A stretch of DNA of 64,000 bases, taken from contig NC_042999.1 in the NCBI RefSeq assembly GCF_006345805.1, positions 62,062,001-62,126,000 on the forward strand. Reading direction: 5' to 3'. The notes beneath the pieces are model-generated. The model saw only the letters and a program-made list of their open reading frames with translations, was not told the origin of the DNA and made no database searches. Below are positions 24,587-34,649 of this stretch, piece by piece (positions within the stretch are counted from its first letter, which is position 1; the number at the start of each line of letters is the position of its first letter). Origin of the DNA: Octopus sinensis (taxonomy: Eukaryota). Position numbers and translations under genes: made by a program.

Positions 24587-24956
24587 ACGAGCTGACAGAA
24601 ACGTTCGCATGCCGGGCAAAATGCTTAGCGGTATTTCGTCAAGGTTGACTTTGCCTTTCATCCTTTTGGGGGTCGATTAAATAAGTACCAGTTATGCACT
24701 GGGGTCGATGTAATCGACTTAATCTGTTTGTCTGTCATTGTTTGTCCTCTCTGTGTTTAGCCACTTGTGGGTAGTAAAGAAATAGTTATTTCCTCTGCCG
24801 TTACGTTCTGAGTTCAAATTCCGCCGCGGTCGACTTTGCCTTTCATCCTTTCAGGGTCCATTAAATAAGTATCAGTTACGCACTGGGGTCAATATAATCG
24901 ACTTAATCCGTTTGTCCCCTCTGTGTCTAGCCCCTTGTGGGCAGTAAACAAATAAG
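24587..24956 (+). mobile_element. SINE family B head-to-tail dimer
   Basis: Junction at ~24787, TSD TATCTAGTGCTG (24575-24586 and 24957-24968). Monomers elsewhere: 3796-4023(-), 37376-37543(-), 55955-56182(-). Variants at 11-280(-) and 13385-13590(-). Confidence 0.88.
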
Positions 24957-26268
24957 TATCTAGTGCTGGCTTGCACCTAGCACACAACTTCCACTTATGG
25001 CACTGCAAACTGTTTGATGCAGCAGTGTAATACCTCCAGAACAACAGTATTTACTGGCCAGTTAAAACAGCTTATTTGCAGGTCAGTTAAAGTAGCCAAC
25101 AAGTCAAATTTTCAATGAAATTCTTAAAGGATTCCTATGCATGTGAGAACTGGATTTCTGACAAATTATACAAAAAAATTTAATCATCAGTCAAAATTCA
25201 ACAACCTCAGAGCATGGTGAGACACATTGATTGCTATAGTCCTCTCGCTGCACCCTTAATGTGCTCTGTCACTGATCCATGAAAAGAGAATGAGGCTAAT
25301 CATCAATGAAGCATTTCATTAAAACCCAAGTCGAATGTAAGTGAAGACACAAACTTTTTTTAAAAACTGCAAAGGAACAGCAAACCGTTTGTTGTCATGA
25401 TAAGGTTGTTATATACATCTGCAACAATAAAACACTACCTCTTCCATAGCTTCTTCAGTCATGAGGGCACATGAAAGGTGTAATATAATCAGGAGTAATT
25501 ATAATTCTATAATTGCCAGCACAACTGCATCATTTAAAAATGGTACTCTTTAATAAGTACCATTGGTGTCTAAGAGATGGAGTCTGGTCATTTTCCAAAA
25601 ACAAAATAGACAAACAAGGAAGAACATAACTGTCCTCAATTTAGTACCATTATTGTCATTTAATGGCCACGTTTCCATGGAATTTGTTAAGACAGATTTT
25701 CTATGGTCAGATGCCCTTCCTGACACCAAACCTTACCTGTTTCCAAGCAAGGTAATATTTGCCCACATCTATTAACGTTTTTCATAGAAGACTGGAAACA
25801 AAGAACCTGACTTGTATGAGGATACTGCTCATATACAACCATCATGTGATGACTAGACAAAGGTACACACAAACGAAAGACTTCAGCTTCCATCTACAAA
25901 ATCTACTCATAAGGCTTTGGTCAGCCTAGGACTACAGTAGAAGATATATGCCCAAGATGCAGTGCAGTGGGACTGAACACAAGGCCACATGGTTGTGAAG
26001 CAGGCTTCTTAACCACATAGCCACACTTGTGCTTTAACAGCAATGCCTGCACCTGCACAGTCAAACCTGTGCCTATCAAAGATTTCTAATCCAAATCTGG
26101 TACTATGTACACATCTAAGAATAAGTCACCTAATTACAATTGGAGATGAAACACGTCAAAATGTGGATTAGATGTCAATATTAAAAAATGATGAAGTTAA
26201 CAGTCTGAAAAATTACAATCTTATTAACAGTGCCTCATCTCAGACATTTAAACATTCAATAATCTTAC

Positions 26269-26483
26269 CTTTGTCCAACTTTATCAAGCTCTTCGACAGC
26301 AATCCCACATCCATTGTCCACAACCTGGATGCGAAAACAGGATAAGTCTACCCGAACAGCAATACACTTAGCACCAGCGTCAACAGCATTGAGGAGTAAT
26401 TCTTCAACACACTGAGTGACACTTGTTATTGCTACACCAGACCGAATGTAGGATTGAACACTGGCTGGTAGCTGCTTGATCAT
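26269..26483 (-). CDS. MLH3: MLH3 coding exon 1 (start codon; GHKL ATPase motifs I-II)
   Basis: Encodes MIKQL...SGVAITSVTQCVEELLLNAVDAGAKCIAVRVD...VVDNGCGI, a MutL N-terminus. Acceptor ttttcag ends at 26497, 13 nt before the ATG. Donor AG|gtaag at 26269/26268, phase 2. Confidence 0.93.
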
Positions 26484-27944
26484 GATGGTAGATCATCTGA
26501 AAAGGGAGTGGAGTCTGTTTTAATATGCATCAATTTTATGTACATACTGAGAAATAGTATTCAAGTACTGGGAAAACTAACCTGGATTTTATTTATATAT
26601 GAGATTAAGCTAAATAACTCTCTATTTTATGCATGTGTGTGTGTGTGTGAAAGACATCCAGCCATAGAAACTATACCAGTTCCTGTCAAACCATCCTACC
26701 CATGCCAGAAAATGGACATTAAATGATGATGATGATGACATATATATATTGCTGATTGCTGAGACCCCCTTCGGTCATGAGTGACCATGGGTTTGCACCT
26801 AGAGAGTTACCCTCTGAGGCACAAGTCTGGGCAAGGTTGTTTTATGGAAGACCAGTAGTCGCCCATGCATACCGGCCTCCCCTCTCCATGCCACCAGTGT
26901 TATCCAAGGGAAAGACAAAGGTCGATACAGCTTGGCACCTGTGACGTCGCAACTCATTTCTACAGCTGAGTGAACTGGAGCAACGTGAAATAAAGTGTCT
27001 TGCTCAACAACACAATACGCAGCCTGGTCCGGTATTCGAACTCACAACCTCATAATCGTAAGCTCGACACTATATTGATGTGTATGAGTCTGTTTTCTGG
27101 AGAAGTGATGCGGCAAATACACCTTATTTTGGTTTACTCATTTTGCCCCAACCAAATTTGTCTCTCATATGCTCAGAGAACAGCAATAATTTTCTGAGAT
27201 AGTGATCAGGTTATGTTATAATGCTCTTAATGCATTTAGGGAAGGCCATTTGCTTAGCTAATATAGTTTTTATAAAACAGTGAACATTTGTAAAAAAAAA
27301 AAAATTGTCTCAAAGTCAAAAATGTAGCAAAAATACCTTATTTTGCCCCACCCTAATTAAACCTGTTTAGGGCTATAACACAAACACAGAGCGAGTGTGT
27401 GTGTGTGCGCATGCATTATAAACATGCATATATTCTTTTACTGGTTTTAGTCCTTTTATTGTGACCACACTGGGACATTGCATTCTGAGGTATAGCCGTA
27501 CTAATCGAACTACACCAGTACTTATCGACACTATTTATATCTAACTCTAAATAGAATTTGTGCGCTCAGAGCGTTGAGAGAAGTAGCTAAAACAAAGTTC
27601 CCCAGCCTTCAATGTTTTACCGATTCTGATAAAGATTTCAGGCATTATTAAGTGCTAAAGAAAATTTTTATTATAATATTTCAATAACATATCAGACAGA
27701 GTCTTTGTAAAGCTCACAAGAAATTTTAACATCCAAGGCAAAAAAAAAACAAGTCAAAACAGAAGTGAACCTCCCGAAGCAGCACGAAGAGAACAGCTTC
27801 TGCTAGCAGGTTTCTTTGTAAACAAACACTCGTCTAATGAAAACTAGATGTTATCAAAGCAATGGGCGTAGAAATGATTTCATAATTTAATATAAAGACA
27901 CTTAATAGCGGAGAAGAGTTGAGTGCGTGCATTTGAGTACTTAC

Positions 27945-28060
27945 TGGTTGTTATTTTCATTTTAATTAATCAAAAATTTGTCATTAAGAAGCCAAAGCTG
28001 ATTCCACGTGTAGCCATGTTATGTTTCTTTGCGCAAGTGCTACTGACAACTTCCGGCGAA
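27945..28060 (-). promoter_or_regulatory. Candidate proximal MLH3 promoter / non-coding first exon
   Basis: ETS-type CCGGAAGT (28049-28056), E-box CACGTG (28005-28010), YY1-like AACATGGC, and a consensus donor CA|GTAAGT at 27945/27944, upstream of the acceptor at 26497. No transcript evidence. Confidence 0.5.
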
Positions 28061-28283
28061 ACATATCCCGGCCACAAATAATTCCCTATTTTGGTCGTAA
28101 TAATAAGATATATCATAGGATGAAAATAAAATTAAATTTAGACATAGATCGACTGTATAATATTTTTTTTTCGCCACGTCTGACGCCAACCAATAAGTCT
28201 CTACTTTTATTCTGTCATTTAAAATTATGCGTGATACATGGAGTTTTATATCAGCTGGCATTACGTGAAGTGCAGACGCTGCT

Positions 28284-28650
28284 TTGTTTGTTGAGCGAAG
28301 CGGTCTTCGTCCCATGCAGTGGGAGAAGTGCGAAATGTGGTCCCTTGCTATTCGTAAGTCCCCGAAGAAGAAAAAGCAGGTCAACCCCCGACACCGAGAG
28401 CATCGACGGATGGATGAATGTGCATCCAGGCTCAGCGGTAGCGTAGGAAGTTGGGGAACAGGAAGAAAGAGTGAGAGAAAGTTGGAGCGAAAGAATACCT
28501 ACAGAGGTCGCCACCCCCTGCCGGAGCTTCGTGGAGCTTTAGGTGTTTTCGCTCAATAAACACACACAATGCCCGGTCTGGGAATCGAAACCACGATCCT
28601 CCGACCGTGAGTTCGCTGCTCTAACTACTGGGCCATTGTGCCTCCACTGT
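28284..28650 (-). mobile_element. tRNA-derived SINE (family D) with TSD, just upstream of the candidate MLH3 promoter
   Basis: Homologous to 2060-2447. TSD AGACGCTGCT at 28274-28283 and 28651-28660. Confidence 0.9.
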
Positions 28651-29640
28651 AGACGCTGCTCAAAAATTTCTTACGACTTTTTTTTGTTTTTTAAATTTTG
28701 CCTCCTGTTATTTACACGGTTTCGTTCTCGTTGTTGCTTTGCTTTTCTTTCTTTCTTTCTTTCTTTCTTTATTAATTACTCTTTACTCTTTACTCTTTTA
28801 CTCTTTTACTTGTTTCAGTCATTTGACTGCGGCCATGCTGGAGCACCGCCTTTAGTCGAGCAAATCGACCCCGGGACTTATTCTTTTGTAAGCCCAGTAC
28901 TTATTCTATCGGTCTCTTTTGCCGAACCGCTAAGTGACGGGGACGTAAACACACCAGCATCGGTTGTCAAGCAATGCTAGGGGGACAAACACAGACACAC
29001 AAACACACACACATATATATATACATATATCCGACAGGCTTCTTTCAGTTTCCGTCTACCAAATCCACTCACAAGGCTTTGGTCGGCCCGGGGCTATAGC
29101 AGAAGACACTTGCCCAAGATGCCACGCAGTGGGACTGAACCCGGAACCATGTGGTTGGTTAGCAAGCTACTTACCACACAGCCACTTCTGCGCCTAATTA
29201 TTTCGTTTAATTTAATAAATCAAATGGAAAGTACTCTTTTGTATCTTTTTTTTTTCTTTTTATCAAATAGATATTTTTTTTTAATATTTTCATTTGCATT
29301 TTTATTTAATGGCAAGACTTTCGCCCGTCCCCACCAAAAAAAAACACCCTTAGATTTTTTTTTTTTTTCGACACAAGCCCCACTTTTCGGCTACAGGGAA
29401 TACGAACCTGCAAAAATCGACATTTCTAAATTACCACCCACCACCCACTCCCATTTCCTTCATTTTTTAACTTTTTTCAGAATATTTTTTTTTAAATATG
29501 CGGAAAAATACGGAGATTATGATTCTGAAAAAATTTCCAAAGGTCTTTGTAAAATTTTTTTTTAAGATTTTTTTTTTCGAAATATGCGGAAAAAATACGG
29601 ACATCATGATTCTGACAAAAATTTCAAAACATTTCTGTAC

Positions 29641-29720
29641 TTACGGTTACGGTTTTAGGGTTAGGGTTAGGGTTTTAGGGTTAGAGTTAGGGTTTTAGGG
29701 TCAGGGTTAGGGTTAGGGTT
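29641..29720 (+). repeat. Interstitial telomere-like tract (TTAGGG/TTTTAGGG mix)
   Basis: About ten GGG runs. Similar tracts at 47172-47295, 49095-49113, 30337-30352 and ~32610-32635. Confidence 0.9.
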
Positions 29721-29730
29721 GTAGTGATAT

Positions 29731-30130
29731 TATAACGGTGCGCGCTCGCGCACCGACCATTTGTATTTCGCGCGTGTTGGTGCCTTCACCAAGGCACAGA
29801 AAGGAAGGGCCCTCTCGCGCATGCGCGAACCACCGGAAGCACGACCCGCTTGCCTATCGTGGTAGTTAGCGAGGCAAGGGGGTCGTAGAACGTTTGACCA
29901 CTAGCGGCAGTCATCGAGGACTTGGGAACCAGCGATTGAAGGCGACGGTCACACGTATATTCTCTCTCCGTCAGGGCTTGATTCTAGCAGCAGTCGGCCG
30001 AAATACCTTTAACCAAATTGTTGCCGACCACATTTCAACTTCCCTGTTCGACGCCATTTTGACCCCTTTCTGTTTTTGGCTGGACATTGTAAATATTACA
30101 ATCTATTAACTTATAGCGGTGCGCGCCCGA
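29731..30130. promoter_or_regulatory. CpG-rich promoter-like island
   Basis: Local excess of CG/GCGC in AT-rich DNA. Contains NRF1-type GCGCATGCGC (29817-29826), ETS CCGGAAG (~29834) and YY1-type CGCCATTTT (30052-30060). Confidence 0.5.
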
Positions 30131-30429
30131 ACCTAGGACATCAGATAACACACTTATTGTTATTGTTTACCAAGAAAGAGAATAAAGTAGTTATATGTAT
30201 ATTTTACATCTGCGTCTTGTTGTTTCTGACTGGTAGAATTCTGGATTATTTAAGCAACGGCTAGTGAGTGATTGCTTTGTGCACCCCAAAAGTGCACGAG
30301 GATATTCACACACCCCACATCACTAAGTTCGTTTCAGGGTTTTAGGGTTAGTGTTGGGGAAATAAGTCAAAATTGAAGAAGTTGGGGGCAAGGGCTTTGA
30401 AATAAAACCAAGAAGTTCCAGACACCCAG

Positions 30430-31215
30430 CTGAATACTTGACAGACACTGACTTTGCTGATGACATCGCTCTTATCAGTGATTCTCTCTCCAATGCCCAG
30501 TCTCTTTTACAATCTCTCAAACAAGCCTCAAATTGTGTAGGTCTATACCTCAATGAGGCCAAGACTGAATATATAAACAAGTGCCTGTCCAACAGTGATT
30601 GCATCATCCATACTCTCAACAATGCGCCCTTAAATATGGTTTCTGATTACAAATATCTTGGGTCATACATATCATCATCTGGAAAAGGCTTTCTAACTAG
30701 AAAGGGTATGGCCTGGTCAGCCTGTAATGACGTGCATAAGATCTGGTCATCAAATCTAAGTAGAGACTTCAAACTTGAAATCTTCAAAGCCACAGTCGAA
30801 CCAATTCTACTATATGGCTCAGAAACCTGGTCGTTATCAAAGAAGCTTGAGAGGCGGTTGGATGGAACCTACACTCGCCTCCTTATGAGAGCTCAAAATC
30901 TCTCGTGGAGGCGCCATCCAACCAAAATGCAAATATATGGGAAACTACCACCTGTGTCATCTCTTGTGAAAGGTAGGAGAGTCCAGTTTGCTGGACATTG
31001 TTGTAGAGCTGAAAAAGAGGTAATTTCTACTCTTCTCCTCTGGAAGTCATCTACTCGCATACCAGAGGGCGCACACTCTCCTAACCTGATGTAATCTCCA
31101 GGGATACAGGCATCCAGCAACAGGACCTCCGTAATGCCATGATGGACCGTGAAGTCTGGCGTAGCATGGTAAATTCCAATGTCTCGACCACGGTCGAACA
31201 ATGATGATGATGATG
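30430..31215 (+). mobile_element. RTE-clade LINE, 5'-truncated (second family)
   Basis: ORF with FADDIAL, YKYLGSYI, LLYGSETW and FAGHC, ending in a (GAT)n tail at ~31200. Confidence 0.9.
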
Positions 31216-32347
31216 GGGAGTGGGGAGTTCACAATGCCGATTTTTTGCAATTTCTCGGAACCTCCGTATCCGAAAACGGGGATTTTGGGCAAAATAAATA
31301 ACAAAAATAAACAAATTTGGGAGAAAATGAGGGGGACGGGTGGAAGTCTTTCCAATTGGATGAAATAACATTGATTGAAGTTGTGAAGAAAATATCTATT
31401 TCTACCGTTACAGTATATCTTAACACCTTGCCTCGACGAGCAGGTGATAAAATCCAAAAGCATGCGAAGTAAAGATAGGTGTAGATTTTCCTTGTATAGT
31501 TTGTGTTTATGTTCCCGTCATTGTGTAGTAGTAATTACAGATAGAGATGGAGTGATGTAAAAGAAAATAAAGTGAGACAGTGAGAGTGAGAGAGTCGGGG
31601 AAAGTTGTCTCCCATAGTCGCTGATTGTAACTTTCTTTTTCCCCTCTGGCCGTTTGTCTGGCTGCCTGCTTGTGACCATCATTCTAGCGGTTCGTTCACT
31701 AAATGATGGTAGCTGTCTCAGACTCGAGTTGTCACTACTGACTAACTGACTTTTGCTTGGGGGTTCTGGTTTTTAAAACTATCCAAAAGGATGGACATAT
31801 CGTTGAGGACAAGGGATTTCGTTGGTGATATTTGTTATCTTAATTCTAGCTTTTGGTGAAATAGAAGAGGTAAGAAGGGTCAAGTGGCGAAGAGGTTATT
31901 TTGCTTAGCTAAGGCATCTGGCAAATGTAAACTGCTGACACGGAAAAACTATTGTTTTACCGTGAGAAAAGTGCAGTTGAAGTGTTAATTTAAATTTGGC
32001 TATCTAGGATCGAATCTACTTCATGCCTGCAAGATTTACTACATATATATGTGGAAGAGCGTAGGCTCGAAACGTTAAAGACTTTTTCACTTCCCGAGCG
32101 TTAAACTAATACATCTGTTGTCCACACCACCTGTTTTCGTCTTTTGTTTCTTTTTTTGTGAATTCTCCCTATATATATATATAGTTGGGGCGAGGTCATT
32201 TGACCCTGTTATCTCCCCTAATTTCGCTCTTGCGTCTCACATTTGATCTTTGACTTCTAGCCGAAATCAGATCGCCATGTTGATTCGCTAGCCTCTGCAC
32301 GCATTTTTTTTCTCTCCTTGTTTCTCTCCGTGTTTCTTTTCTGTGTA

Positions 32348-32490
32348 TCTTTCTGTTGAAGAGCGTAGGCTCGAAACGTAAAAGACCTGTTTTTTTTTAT
32401 ATTCCTGAGCGCCATACTAATACAATTGTTTGTTTGTATTCCACCTGCCTTCGTCTTTTGTTTATTTTCATAAAGCTTCCCATTATATAT
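32348..32490 (+). ncRNA. Hammerhead-like fold in a second short-element family (HH-2)
   Basis: tcttt-CTGTTGA-a-GAG[cgtagg]CTC-GAAA-CGTA-aaaga. Stems I and II pair, and the core carries A6>U. A related 5'-truncated copy lies at 32054-32170. Confidence 0.55.
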
Positions 32491-33365
32491 ATACACACAC
32501 ACACATATGATTTGAAGGTAGTTTGGCTCCTATTTTTAGTAGATTGAATGACCATGTATGAGGGTTATTTCTATGGTATATAGAGTTAGAAACTATGGAT
32601 TAATTTTGTCTGGGGTTAGAGTTAGTACTAGGGTTGATGTAAAGGTTTTTAAATAATCGATAATCAATAATATGACGAACCTGTTTCTAACACTCTTTTA
32701 ACATCGTATATTCAGGGTCTTCGACAGCTAACATGAAGAAGTTAACCTCATCAGACAAGAAATCTCGCCTGAACGCTTACAGCAATGTGAACCCCGCTAG
32801 AAGCATCTAAGGGCCTGATAATAGCATAAAACAGAGCGACAGATTAACTCCTGGCAAATCAAGACTGAGATATTGTTTCAGTTCCTGTAACAGTTTAGGT
32901 GCTAGTGTACTTGGGAAATACATGAAGTTTTCCACTTCCCATTAATTATGTCTTAATTATGTTTACTTTTATAATTACATTCACATCCAAGACTGTTTAT
33001 TGAGATATTAAATTATCTAGTTGTTTACTGATTTTTTTATTTTATCAACTCGTAAACTGGTCTGTCTCTACATCATGTTTCGGTTTCACGGGCAAAACAA
33101 TGCTTGGGGCCTATAGTTTTTATTTATTGGCAGCAACCAACAGTAGACAAAAATCAGTATTGGCTTCCGAGACTTGTGGGAACCCAGGGCGATTACTCTC
33201 TATGCCAGTTCTTTAAGATGGCTCCGCTCGGAAGAATGAAAGATAAAATTGAGCGCGGCAGGATTTCTATTGGAAATGTAACTAGATACCACAGGCATTT
33301 TGTCCGATGCTGTTAAAATTCGACCAATCCACTGTCGTTTATTTCTTCAAGCCGAACCAATCGAC

Positions 33366-33416
33366 GGAAAACCAAAGGGTAAACCAAAAATGATATGGCT
33401 GGATAATATCCAACAT
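33366..33416 (+). mobile_element. Small RTE-like C-terminal relic
   Basis: Translates as GKPKGKPKMIWLDNIQH, resembling the RTE GRPxxxWxDxI motif. Confidence 0.4.
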
Positions 33417-33751
33417 CTCAGCTGTCACGCTTGGGAATTTAGCCGGGAAGTTTAAAGACGGTTGCTTTTGATAGGACTCTATAGAATAAGTGTCTGAGGA
33501 TCCTACACCCACGACCCTCACAGGAATAGTGGGAGGAGTAAATAAATGGGTGTATGTGCGGGTGTGGGTGTGTGTGGGGGTGTTTGTGTGTTGGAAATGG
33601 GAATGGTAGAAACGATAGAGCATCAGTCAAAAACGCTGTGTGGCATGTATTCAGATATCTTAATATTCTAAGTTAAAATTCCGCCAACAACTAATCTGTC
33701 ATATTCCTGATGTCACTAAATAAAAATACCAATCAAGTACACGGGCCCTTT

Positions 33752-33922
33752 GCTCGCTCTGGGCGCCATTGGGGCGACTGTACACAGCTACCGGTCCACA
33801 CTCGACGCTATGGCGACCAGAGCTCGCTCTAGGCGCCATTGGAGCGACTGTACACAGCTACCGGCCCACAGTCGACGCTATGGCATTGGTGTCATTATTA
33901 CAAACGGGTTGGGTTGGGTTGG
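33752..33922 (+). repeat. Two 70-bp GC-rich hairpin units followed by (GGGTT)n
   Basis: gctct recurs at 33756 and 33826, and each unit folds. Homologous to 51526-51707. Confidence 0.85.
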
Positions 33923-34649
33923 AAGAATTTCCATTATATATTGAGAACTATAGCGCGAAGGCAGCATAAAAAAAAAACCCTCCTCAATTGTTGGCAGATT
34001 TACCTACTCCGCATTGCGAGCAGTGGAACAAGATGCATGTTCGTCAAAGCAAATGCTCCCCCAAAGCAAATTAAATAAAATTTGAGATACGTGGTACGTC
34101 AAAGCTGCTAACAAAAACAGGACAGTGAAAACATTCTGTAAGGGCTGTTTAACCCTAACATGGTGAAGTGGTGAACGCTAGATAAAAAAAGATTTGTCAA
34201 GAGACAGACAAGAATACGTGTTATAGTTATAAACTGAACGAGAAGAAAAAGAATTACATTTAGAAATAGAGATCTATAATTATTGAGTACAGAATTTGAG
34301 CTAGAAATAGAGAACTATAAATATTGTATTATGCATAAAGTGGTGGCTTACATTCGGGGCTTCCAATTTCTCTGTAAAATATAAGATAGTCGCAAAATCA
34401 TCGCACATGTCACCATCGACTACAAACACCGGTAGAAGATAAAGTTCCAGATGACATTATTGTTCTTTCGTTTGTACAAGGATCGTATTATGTTTCGGCT
34501 TAAAATAAATTATAGATACAAATATAATGTATAGAAATATATAAAAACCAGAATAGAAAATAAACGTCTTAGGCATATAAAATGAGATAACATGAGATAT
34601 CAAGGTGTTATAAACTTGAAACCTACTAGAATATCATAGATTATATATT

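Noticed and set aside
28021-29565. ORFs of 141-151 aa upstream of MLH3
   Set aside because: They run through SINE-D, SINE-A and poly-T sequence and have no recognisable protein features.
29641-30130. Telomerase RNA or chromosome-fusion interpretation
   Set aside because: There is no isolated template region or pseudoknot evidence and no head-to-head TTAGGG/CCCTAA junction. The tracts are short and recurrent.
32715-32760. CTGATGA on the minus strand followed by a 7-bp stem
   Set aside because: GAAA does not follow stem II (it reads GTCGAAG) and there is no stem I partner, so it is not a credible hammerhead.
33752-33884. CRISPR-like array interpretation of this and other short tandem repeats
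   Set aside because: There are no unique spacers or cas genes, and the context is eukaryotic.
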